DNA of 64,000 bases from Oscillospiraceae bacterium (GTDB lineage: Bacteria > Bacillota > Clostridia > Oscillospirales > CAG-382). The stretch covers positions 26,035 through 90,034 of the forward strand of contig SVQU01000004.1 in assembly GCA_015065165.1 (NCBI GenBank), given 5' to 3'. The position numbers and the translations under genes are program-made. Each line of letters starts with the position of its first letter. Positions within the stretch are counted from its first letter, which is position 1. Shown in pieces: positions 48,903 through 56,983 of this stretch. The notes beneath the pieces were generated by a model. The model did not search any database and was not told the origin of the DNA. It saw only the letters and a program-made list of their open reading frames with translations.

Positions 48903-51900
48903 ATGAAAAGATTAATTGCAATCCTGCTTTCTGTTTTGTTCGTTCTCACCGCGTGTGGAACCGACGGTAACGAAAGCTCCTCTGCAAACAGCTCTGCCGA
49001 ACAATCTCAAAGCGGCACAGTTTCTGCAGACAGAAAAACCACAGTGATTTCCAACGGCGCGTTTTATACAGCCGCATCTCCCGCTTCGGATAACCACGCC
49101 GACAGCTTCGGTGCAGAATTGACCGACGGTGTCGACACCTCCGACGTAGAGGCGTATAACGATTCTCGCCTTTCCGGTTTCCAGATGAAAACCGTAACCA
49201 TCGTTATCGACCTTGGTGAAGAATGCGAAAAAATCTACGGCGCTGCTGTGTCCTATTTCCCCCACGACGGCCAAGGCTTAAGCCAAACCCTTAAGATTGA
49301 CGTTGCAAGCTCTTCCGATGGCAAAAAATGGACTCCCTATGCGTTCTATGATACCACCGCAGAACCTGAACTTGATAAGGTTAACCGTGCAGAATTTATT
49401 AAGGATTCTTACGTTAGCGGTCGTTACGTAAGATTTAAGGTTACAGGTAACGAAAGCTGGGTATTCCTTTCCGAGCTCGAAGTTATCGCTGACGTTGAAC
49501 CCAAGGCAGGCATCAGCTACCTTGACAGAGTATACGAGGAATATACAAACGTTGGCACAGTAACCGCCCCTACTAACGGCACTGACGTTAATAAAGAATT
49601 CAACAAGATTCTTATTTCCAAGGGCTGCACTTATAAGTTCGATGCTAAAATCGAAACCGATAATCCCGACGTTAACACCGTTTTGACCGATGGTAACAAG
49701 CCCGGCGATTATGTTTTCGGTTCTTATGTAGGTTTCATCGGTAACGGCGAAACCGCAAAAATCACCATCGATTTAGGTCAGGAGGCCGCTGATATTGGTG
49801 CGATTGAAGCTAACTTTATGTACAATCCCACCTCCCGTATCCACCTTCCTCTTTCGTTAACGGTTACCGCTATCGATGCTTCTAACAACCGTACCGACCT
49901 TGGCGTGCTTTATGGTACACAAATCGAGCAAATCGGCGGTTTCACCTTCTCGCTTCCTCTTAAGAAAACCGCTTCTGCAAGATATATCGAGCTTTCCTTT
50001 AAAACCATCGACGGTATGAAGCACTTTATCGAAGAAATTTCGGTATATTCCTACCGCGATTCTATGGAACAAAGCTCTTTGTATCCTCAGGTTATCATCG
50101 AAAAGGGCGAAGCCGCTGAAAAAGAAGGCGCTACTTCCGATTATAAAAACCTTATTCTTAAGCAGCCTCAGATGATTTTTATGCCCGTTAACGAAAACGC
50201 TAAGCCTGAAAACAACTCTAAGGCAAACAACCCTGTTCTTACCGACGGCGTATTCTCTACCGTTGGCGAAGCATATGATATTCACAACGGCAAGTTCTTC
50301 AAATTCAATGCGGGCGATGTTCGTTACATCATCTACGATTTGAAAAACCTGTCCGCAGTAGATTGTTTCAAGGGCAGCTTCTGTAAAGAACAGTCCTGGG
50401 GTATCGGCGCACCCGAAACCGTTTCGGTTCTTCTTTCCGCAAACGGCGAGGATTGGTACGACGCAGGCTCCTTCGCTTTGACAGCAACTCAGTATAACGG
50501 TATCGTTCGCGGCGAACTTAAGCTTAAAAAGGCTGTTCAGGCTCGCTATGTAGTGTTCACCTTTGCAGTTGGCCAGTGGGTAGGTTGTGATGAATTGGAA
50601 GCCTACGGTACCGAAGCAATCGCTAATTCCGTAGCTCTTGCAGATTCCGGTCTCGGTCTTGCAGGCGGCGATTCCGTAAACGGTTCCAGAATCGAACCTT
50701 CTGCAGATTTGCTTGACGGCGCAAAAGACCTTTGCTTGATGTATCAAAACTGCAACAACACCGGTTATACTAAAGAAGAACTTTTACCCTACGTTGCATA
50801 TCTTAACGAGGATTTGGAAATTAAAGACACTATGTTCGACAGCTTCCTCTTCCTCTATGCAAATACAAATATGCCCAGTGGCGCATATCCTTACAGCCAA
50901 AACTTCAAGAGCGACTGGCAGTGGTGTATCGACGACCTGTTCGGCGAAGACATCAACCTTAACGCTCTCGAGCAGGCTGCAGGCGAAACCAAAGCGGCCC
51001 TTAACCTTGCCGATGATTTCACCTATAAGATTACCGTTTCTATCAACTATCCTCACAAGAATCAAAAGAACTTCGGCGACGTTGACGGCGACGGCGTAAG
51101 CGAAGACCTTACCGTATATGCAAACCGTATGAAGGTCTGCAAGTGGTTTGTTGACGAAGTTGCCCGCAGATTTGATGAAGCAAACTTCAAAAACATCGAG
51201 CTTGTCGGCTACTACTGGTGGCACGAACAAATCGATGACGAATCCGACCCCGACAGCGTAAAGCTTATCAAAGAATTGGGCGATTACATTCACTCTCTCG
51301 ATTACGACTACACCTGGATTCCTTACTTCAACTCTAACGGCTATGACAGATGGGAAGAATTGGGCTTCGACGTTGCTTGCTTACAGCCCAACTACGTATT
51401 TAACCTTGAAGCACCTCTCAGCAACATCTACAATGTTGATAAGTATACCAAAGAACTTGGTATGGGCGTTGAAATGGAACTTCACGGCGGCTGCCTTAAG
51501 GAATATTCCTACTTCAAACGCTATATGGAATATATCACCTTGGGCGCAGAGCTTGGTTATATGGACGACACCGTTCTTATGTACTATCAGGATTACACCG
51601 TGTTCTATAGCGCGGCACATTCCGGTACCTACTTCGGACGTACTATCTACGATAGCACCTACCACTTTATGAAGGGCGACCTCAAGAACGTTCCCGACAC
51701 AATGGAAGGTATTGCTTACGAGGGCGAAGCAAACAAGCCTATCTTTGGCAAGATTGAACTTCCCGAAGATAAGAGGTGCGAAATCCAGATCTCCGCATTG
51801 CCTGAAAACGGCACTGTAGTTATGGGTAACGACGGCAGCTTCGCGTTCTACCCTGCAAAGGATTTCAAGGGTGAAACCTCCTTCAGCTTCATCTATAACG

Positions 51901-51950
51901 AAATGCTTTCTTGGTCCGAAGATTGCACTGTAACCGTTACAGTTAAATAA
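48903..51950 (+). CDS. surface lipoprotein: three discoidin (F5/8 type C)-like modules plus a C-terminal glycoside-hydrolase-like (DUF4855-like) domain
   Basis: Lipobox LTAC at residues 15-18. Three modules each start with xLTDG and end with ARYV/I..F..(S/D)E(L/I). The C-terminal region carries the GYYWWHE, WIPYFNSNGY and QPNY motifs. Confidence 0.7.
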   Translation: MKRLIAILLSVLFVLTACGTDGNESSSANSSAEQSQSGTVSADRKTTVISNGAFYTAASPASDNHADSFGAELTDGVDTSDVEAYNDSRLSGFQMKTVTIVIDLGEECEKIYGAAVSYFPHDGQGLSQTLKIDVASSSDGKKWTPYAFYDTTAEPELDKVNRAEFIKDSYVSGRYVRFKVTGNESWVFLSELEVIADVEPKAGISYLDRVYEEYTNVGTVTAPTNGTDVNKEFNKILISKGCTYKFDAKIETDNPDVNTVLTDGNKPGDYVFGSYVGFIGNGETAKITIDLGQEAADIGAIEANFMYNPTSRIHLPLSLTVTAIDASNNRTDLGVLYGTQIEQIGGFTFSLPLKKTASARYIELSFKTIDGMKHFIEEISVYSYRDSMEQSSLYPQVIIEKGEAAEKEGATSDYKNLILKQPQMIFMPVNENAKPENNSKANNPVLTDGVFSTVGEAYDIHNGKFFKFNAGDVRYIIYDLKNLSAVDCFKGSFCKEQSWGIGAPETVSVLLSANGEDWYDAGSFALTATQYNGIVRGELKLKKAVQARYVVFTFAVGQWVGCDELEAYGTEAIANSVALADSGLGLAGGDSVNGSRIEPSADLLDGAKDLCLMYQNCNNTGYTKEELLPYVAYLNEDLEIKDTMFDSFLFLYANTNMPSGAYPYSQNFKSDWQWCIDDLFGEDINLNALEQAAGETKAALNLADDFTYKITVSINYPHKNQKNFGDVDGDGVSEDLTVYANRMKVCKWFVDEVARRFDEANFKNIELVGYYWWHEQIDDESDPDSVKLIKELGDYIHSLDYDYTWIPYFNSNGYDRWEELGFDVACLQPNYVFNLEAPLSNIYNVDKYTKELGMGVEMELHGGCLKEYSYFKRYMEYITLGAELGYMDDTVLMYYQDYTVFYSAAHSGTYFGRTIYDSTYHFMKGDLKNVPDTMEGIAYEGEANKPIFGKIELPEDKRCEIQISALPENGTVVMGNDGSFAFYPAKDFKGETSFSFIYNEMLSWSEDCTVTVTVK

Positions 51951-51982
51951 TCAATCTAAATTAAAACGAACCCCTGCGATTA

Positions 51983-52019
51983 GCCCAAGTGTCCTTCAGG
52001 ACACTTGGGCAGTTTTATT
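51983..52019 (+). terminator. rho-independent terminator of the lipoprotein gene
   Basis: Perfect 12-bp stem GCCCAAGTGTCC-TTCA-GGACACTTGGGC followed by AGTTTTATT. Confidence 0.8.
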
Positions 52020-52185
52020 CGCCTTTCGGCGAGTGATATTGCTACGCAGTGATATTTGGACTAAAGTCCAAGTGATATTGCCTTCGGCAGTTAATGGCGA
52101 ATGAAATATCACTGAAATCGCAAGATTTCAATATCACTTCCCGAAAGGGAAATATCACTCTGTGCGTAAAGCACAGAATATCACT
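52011..52185. repeat. array of identical 9-mers (AGTGATATT x3 plus one 7/9 copy, then the reverse complement AATATCACT x4) separated by unrelated short hairpins
   Basis: Forward copies are at 52032, 52048 and 52071, with a degenerate copy at 52011. Reverse copies are at 52105, 52130, 52151 and 52177. Every spacer is self-complementary (see findings). Confidence 0.95.
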
Positions 52186-52199
52186 ATATAAAAGGTACT

Positions 52200-52241
52200 A
52201 CCCGAAAAAGAGTTTTGTTTTCTCTTCTTCGGGTGGTTTTG
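52200..52241 (+). terminator. second plus-strand hairpin with a U-rich tail, downstream of the array
   Basis: CCCGAAAAAGAG-TTTTGTTTT-CTCTTCTTCGGG (12 bp with 1 mismatch) followed by TGGTTTTGTC. Confidence 0.5.
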
Positions 52242-52302
52242 TCTTATACTGTTACAAGCAGGGGTTTTTGTGTGCAGCGTCTTATTAATGTACTTCGTCT
52301 CA

Positions 52303-52332
52303 TAAAAGAAACCCCGCAATTATTTGCGGGGC
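52303..52332 (-). terminator. rho-independent terminator of the ABC importer operon
   Basis: On the minus strand, CCCCGCAA-ATAA-TTGCGGGG followed by TTTCTTTT. Confidence 0.85.
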
Positions 52333-52338
52333 TTTTTG

Positions 52339-53943
52339 TTATGCTTGTTCTTTTCTGTTTATAAAGAAAACAACGGTTTTGATAATAAGGTTGATTGCAA
52401 GAATAATAATCGAAACCACAGCGGCATATTCAATCTGCATCTGAGCTTCGAATTGATTAATCATAAGCGAAACCGGCTTGTTTGCGGTGGTTGCCAAGAA
52501 GGATACCGCCGAAATAGTCATCATACAGTTAACAAAGAAATAAGAAAACATTTCGCAAATCGTGCCCTTGCATTGGGGAATCAAAACGTCCTTGATCAAA
52601 TGAATTCTGTTAATGCCAAGGGTTTGCGCCGTGCCCTCAAGATTCTCGTTAATCTTGGATAACGAGTTGTACATCATCAAATAGGGCGAAGAAATAAAGT
52701 GGATAATGTTAACCATTATCAAAATTATAATCGTACCGTAAATGGGTGTTTTGTTAAAGGTCAAAACGTAGGAAAGACCTAAAACCACACCGGGTATAGC
52801 GGCAGAAGTCATAGCGGAAAGATGTAAAAATCTCGATGCGGGAGATTTCATTCTTGCCGATAGATAAGCCGCCGTAAACGCAATGCAAACACCGATTGCG
52901 GCGGATGCCAAAGCAATTATAACCGAGTTGAATAAATAAGAATCTGCCTTTAAATTTAAGGTTTTAACAATGTTGTCAAAGGTAAAGGTCAGGTCCTGAG
53001 GATACCTTTTAGCGAATGCTAAAATAATAAAAGCAACAATAGGAAGAAGGGTTAAAAGTGAAACAATACCGCAATAGGAATAAGAGCAAAGCTTTGCAAA
53101 AAATCCGTCCGCTTGCTTGCAGGGCTTTGTAACAAAGGTGGATTTGCCCTTGTCCTTGTTCAAAAAGTCAATAATAAATGCGATAACCGCGGGGATAAGC
53201 AATAAACAACCATAAGCGGCACCCTTGCCGAAGTTAAGCTGACCAATAACCTCTTGATACATAACGGTGGCAACGGTGGTATATTTACCGCCAACCATAA
53301 GGGGCACACCATAGTCGGTAACGATAAGTGTGAAAATCGCAAATACAACGCTGATAAGAGGCTTGCGTAAATAGGGAAGTGTGATAGCGGTAAACTGTCT
53401 TGCCTTTGGAATCCCCAAAACCTCTGCGGCTTCATAGGGCGAGCCGTCCTCGTAACGTATAACGTCGGACAGCATAAGGAAAGCTACGGGGAAGGCATAT
53501 ATCACCGAACCGATAACAATGCCCCACAGACCGTAAATATTGCCCTCTAAATGCAACAAACGTGTTATTATACCGTTGTTACCTAAAAGTATAATTAAAC
53601 CCATACCGCTTGAAATAGAGGGTATCAGCATCGGTAGGGTAAGGATTATACCGAAAAGACCTTTAAACTTGATTTTGGTTCTTTGAATTGCGATAGCAAG
53701 AACAAAAGCGATAACAATTGTGATAACCGTTGCAACCAAAGCCGATGTAAGTGAATTTATGATAGCTTGAACAAAAACAGGGGAATCTACAACCTTTTTA
53801 ATGCTCTCTCCGTCCAGATATAAAAACATTCTTAACAGAGGGATAAATACCAAGGCGATAAATACTGCCGAAAGCAAAAGCTTTGTTAAATCCGAGCCTC
53901 GCTTTGTCTTTCCGCCGCCCTTTGAAATAACCTTAGAATTCAT
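52339..53943 (-). CDS. ABC transporter permease, duplicated (2 x 6 TM) Fe3+/thiamine/2-aminoethylphosphonate type
   Basis: 534 aa with two internal MalFG-type permease repeats, each carrying an EAA-like loop (YEAAEVLG.. and LEGTAQTLG..). Confidence 0.85.
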   Translation of the reverse strand: MNSKVISKGGGKTKRGSDLTKLLLSAVFIALVFIPLLRMFLYLDGESIKKVVDSPVFVQAIINSLTSALVATVITIVIAFVLAIAIQRTKIKFKGLFGIILTLPMLIPSISSGMGLIILLGNNGIITRLLHLEGNIYGLWGIVIGSVIYAFPVAFLMLSDVIRYEDGSPYEAAEVLGIPKARQFTAITLPYLRKPLISVVFAIFTLIVTDYGVPLMVGGKYTTVATVMYQEVIGQLNFGKGAAYGCLLLIPAVIAFIIDFLNKDKGKSTFVTKPCKQADGFFAKLCSYSYCGIVSLLTLLPIVAFIILAFAKRYPQDLTFTFDNIVKTLNLKADSYLFNSVIIALASAAIGVCIAFTAAYLSARMKSPASRFLHLSAMTSAAIPGVVLGLSYVLTFNKTPIYGTIIILIMVNIIHFISSPYLMMYNSLSKINENLEGTAQTLGINRIHLIKDVLIPQCKGTICEMFSYFFVNCMMTISAVSFLATTANKPVSLMINQFEAQMQIEYAAVVSIIILAINLIIKTVVFFINRKEQA

Positions 53944-53945
53944 AT

Positions 53946-54722
53946 TTAAGACCTCACGTATTTAGCCAAAGAATCGATTTTGGTCTTAAGGTTGTTCAAA
54001 ACGAATTCTTCAACGTAATCGTTGGCGGGGTTGGAAATGATGTTTTCGGGAGTGTCAAGCTGTTCCACGTTTGCTTCTCTCATAACCATAATTCTGTCGG
54101 ACATAGCAAAGGCTTCCTCTTGGTCATGGGTGATGTAAATCATAGTAGTGCCGAACTCAGCCTGAATACGCTTAAGCTCATCGCGAAGTGAAAGTCTTGT
54201 GGCAACGTCCAAAGCCGACATAGGCTCGTCAAAGAGAATGATTTCGGGGTTCATAACCAAGGTTCTTGCGATAGCAACTCTTTGCTGCTGACCGCCCGAA
54301 AGTGCGGTGGGGAGCTTGTCCGTGTGCTCGGACAAGCCCATATTTTCAATTGCCGCCAAGGCTTTTTGCCTAACCTCTGCGCGGGCAGATTTCGATTTGT
54401 TTTCCTTGCGTATCTTTAAAGCGTATTCCACGTTTTCAAGAACCGTCATATTTTCAAACAAGGCATAGTTCTGAAAAACGATACCCATACTTCTTTTCGA
54501 GGGATGTGCATAGGTTATGTCCTCGCCGTCCTTAAAAACGTTGCCGCTTGTGGGCTTTAAAAGACCAATCAAAATACGCAAAATAGTGGTTTTTCCGCAT
54601 CCCGAAGGACCTAATATAGAAAGGAATTCGCCGTTCTTAACGTCAAAATTAACACTGTTAAGGGTGCATTTTCCGTCGAATACCATCTTCAAATCTTTAA
54701 TAATCAATTTTGTATCTGTCAT
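53946..54722 (-). CDS. ABC transporter ATP-binding protein
   Basis: GPSGCGKTT, LSGGQQQRVAIARTL and ILFDEPMSALD motifs. I chose the ATG at 54722; the ORF could extend to the TTG at 54755. Confidence 0.9.
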   Translation of the reverse strand: MTDTKLIIKDLKMVFDGKCTLNSVNFDVKNGEFLSILGPSGCGKTTILRILIGLLKPTSGNVFKDGEDITYAHPSKRSMGIVFQNYALFENMTVLENVEYALKIRKENKSKSARAEVRQKALAAIENMGLSEHTDKLPTALSGGQQQRVAIARTLVMNPEIILFDEPMSALDVATRLSLRDELKRIQAEFGTTMIYITHDQEEAFAMSDRIMVMREANVEQLDTPENIISNPANDYVEEFVLNNLKTKIDSLAKYVRS

Positions 54723-54779
54723 ATTAATACTAAAAGTTCCTTTCGGGGAGTTCAATAAATCAATACGTCTAAATCTGAA

Positions 54780-55772
54780 TTAATACTTCCACATAGCCAA
54801 AAGTCTGTCTTTTTCGGCAATAGAGTTGTTGCTCATATCGCTGTATTTAATATCGGTGGGGAAGTTTTCCATTTTATAAGCTTTGTCCTTGAAAAGTGCT
54901 TCGGGACCGAATTTTTCGTTATATCTGTATCCGTATTCCTTAACCATATAATCGAATACTTCCTTAACACATTCTCTGGTTTCCTTGCCGGAAACCATAG
55001 CCTGACCGTAAATGGTAAAGGGCGAGCCTTCTTCAAAGTAAACAATCTTAAAGGGTGCGCCTTCGTTAATCTTAATAACCGTCTGCGCGGTCATACCCAA
55101 GCCGATAACAGCCTCGTTCTGAAGCAAAGCGTTAACGGGGCCGGAACCGGAGGAGGTGTATTGAAGAATATTTTCGGTAAGCTTATCGAAATAATCAAAA
55201 GCCTTTTCTTCGCCCCAATTGTTAACTAAGCTCTTAAGGAACATATAGCCTGTACCCGAGGATTTGGGGTTGGGCATAGAGATAAGACCCTTAAATTCGG
55301 GCTTGAGCAAATCTTCATAGCTCTTAGGCTCTTCCAAACCCTTCTGCTTTAACAAATCGGTGTTAATAATAACTGCACCGCCGCTGCGAAGGTGGGGGAT
55401 ATAGTTTTCATTTTCAATCAAATCGTTGTAATAAATGCCCTTGTCATAAGAGGAAAGGTCTGCAAGAATCTTCTTTTCGTCCAACTGTGCGAGGTAAGCG
55501 TATTCAAGGTCATAAATAATGTCGCATTCGGTGCCTGTACCTTCGGCAAGAAGCTTTGCCGCGTGGTTACCGGTGGACATATATTCAATAGTGATGTCAT
55601 AATCGGGGAATTTCTCTTTAAGACTTGCGGAAAGGTCTTCCACAACGTAGTCTTCAATACTGGTGTAAATGATGATTTTTTCTTTTTTGCTGCCGCAACC
55701 GCAAAGCAAAACGGAAAGCAAAATGCCGCATACTAAAAGCAACGCCAAGGATTTTGAAAGTCTGTTTTTCAT
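54780..55772 (-). CDS. ABC transporter substrate-binding lipoprotein (Fe3+/phosphonate-type SBP fold)
   Basis: I chose the ATG at 55772, which gives MKNRLSKSLALLLVCGILLSVLLCGCGS (lipobox). Mature part IIIYTSIEDY... The track ORF extends to 55856. Confidence 0.8.
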   Translation of the reverse strand: MKNRLSKSLALLLVCGILLSVLLCGCGSKKEKIIIYTSIEDYVVEDLSASLKEKFPDYDITIEYMSTGNHAAKLLAEGTGTECDIIYDLEYAYLAQLDEKKILADLSSYDKGIYYNDLIENENYIPHLRSGGAVIINTDLLKQKGLEEPKSYEDLLKPEFKGLISMPNPKSSGTGYMFLKSLVNNWGEEKAFDYFDKLTENILQYTSSGSGPVNALLQNEAVIGLGMTAQTVIKINEGAPFKIVYFEEGSPFTIYGQAMVSGKETRECVKEVFDYMVKEYGYRYNEKFGPEALFKDKAYKMENFPTDIKYSDMSNNSIAEKDRLLAMWKY

Positions 55773-55852
55773 AATAAACCTCTCTGTTTTTTTATGTATT
55801 ATTACCGAAGATAATGCTGTGTAGGATTTTACACAACTCTTTTCGGTTATAA

Positions 55853-56734
55853 TCAACGGTATGTTTTATCTAATTTCTTTAAATCTGCAAAGCTGTCAAT
55901 TTCGATAATGTCATCAAAGGTACAATCGCGAACCTCAACGGCATAATTGTCTGCGCAGTATTCCAAAGCGACCTGGTCCCAATATCTTTCCTTGCCGCCG
56001 GGCATTTCATAAACCTTTTTAATGTCCTCATACAGTTTTTCGCCGTCGTCTTCGTTCCAATAGGAAATACCGTATAAGTGATGGCAGTTTGTACCGCCGA
56101 TTTTAAGACCTGTAATAATACGGTTCTTGGTTTCCAAGCACCAGTCGTCTGTGGTTTCAACGGGAACTCCTAAATAGTTAGAGGTGTACTGATATTTGGA
56201 AATAAGGTTTTTGTTGTATAAAACCAAATCCGCTTCCATAACGTAAGCGTTTTTAATAAATTCACGGGCAAGCAAAGCCGAGGAAATGTTGTTTGCTTCA
56301 CCGTATAGATTGTTGTCGATAAACTTAATGTTGGGGTATTTGTAAAGCAATTGGTCAAACTGCTCGCCCAAATAACCTCTGACAATATAAATTTCCTCAA
56401 TTCCCGCTTCCACAACAGCATCCAAAAGAGTGTCAATCATTCTGGTGCCGTGAACACGAACCAAAGGCTTGGGAGTATTAAGGGTTATAGGAATAAGTCG
56501 CGAGCCAAACCCCGCCGCAATAAAAATTGCGCGCTTTACTCTGTAAGGCTCAAGCGCTTTATATCCTTCCTCGGTGATTCCACTGTCGGAAATATAACCG
56601 CTTTCCCCAAGGGTTGCCAAAACCTTGTTGACCGTGCCCGCAGACATATTTGTGCCTTCTGCAATGGCTCTTTGGGTAAGCTTTCCGTTTTTTTCAATAA
56701 ACGTAAGTACGTCGAACTGTTTTCTCTGTAACAT
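55853..56734 (-). CDS. winged-HTH domain fused to a LicC-like (phosphocholine/phosphonate) cytidylyltransferase
   Basis: The N-terminal 60 aa are MarR-like (LTQRAIAEGTNMSAGTVNKVLATL). Next comes AIFIAAGFGSRLIPITLNTPKPLV (NTP-transferase G-loop), then YWDQV and EIDSFADLKKL, as in LicC. Confidence 0.8.
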   Translation of the reverse strand: MLQRKQFDVLTFIEKNGKLTQRAIAEGTNMSAGTVNKVLATLGESGYISDSGITEEGYKALEPYRVKRAIFIAAGFGSRLIPITLNTPKPLVRVHGTRMIDTLLDAVVEAGIEEIYIVRGYLGEQFDQLLYKYPNIKFIDNNLYGEANNISSALLAREFIKNAYVMEADLVLYNKNLISKYQYTSNYLGVPVETTDDWCLETKNRIITGLKIGGTNCHHLYGISYWNEDDGEKLYEDIKKVYEMPGGKERYWDQVALEYCADNYAVEVRDCTFDDIIEIDSFADLKKLDKTYR

Positions 56735-56771
56735 CTCTGTTCACTTTCTTGTGTTTTGTTCAATATGCTTT

Positions 56772-56800
56772 ATTTTACATCAAAAAATGAACAAAGTCAA
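56772..56800 (-). promoter_or_regulatory. sigma-A-type promoter of the wHTH-LicC/ABC operon, overlapped by inverted repeats
   Basis: On the minus strand, TTGACT (56800-56795), a 17-bp spacer, then TAAAAT (56777-56772). The spacer contains TTGTTCA. Confidence 0.5.
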
Positions 56801-56920
56801 GGGTGATGACACAAAAATGTATTATTGTTCAAAAACACTGTGGATTGAACATTGAATTGTTGCATATTCACTATAAAAATCATTTTCTTGTTAAAACTGC
56901 GTTCGTTTTTCTTTAATATA

Positions 56921-56974
56921 AAACAAAAACCCTTAAAACTCATCACGCTTTTGTGATTTGTCTTAAGGGTTTTA
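56921..56974 (-). terminator. compound rho-independent terminator
   Basis: On the minus strand, AACCCTTAA ... TTAAGGGTT encloses the inner hairpin ATCAC/GTGAT and is followed by TTTTTGTTTT. Confidence 0.75.
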
Positions 56975-56983
56975 TTTGTTCAA

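Noticed and set aside
52011-52185. Possible CRISPR array (short repeats with short unique spacers)
   Set aside because: - The repeats are only 9 bp and the spacers only 7-25 bp.
- The repeats occur in both orientations.
- The spacers are themselves palindromic.
- There are no cas genes or leader in the window.
- This does not fit CRISPR architecture.
52094-52288. 64-aa ORF spanning the right half of the 9-mer array
   Set aside because: - It has no RBS.
- Its sequence is dominated by translation of the repeated AATATCACT (NIT/ISL) and the hairpins.
- It runs through a terminator-like hairpin.
55773-55856. N-terminal extension of the substrate-binding protein ORF
   Set aside because: - The ATG at 55772 yields a canonical lipoprotein signal peptide.
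- The extension would bury the signal peptide and overlap the upstream gene's stop.
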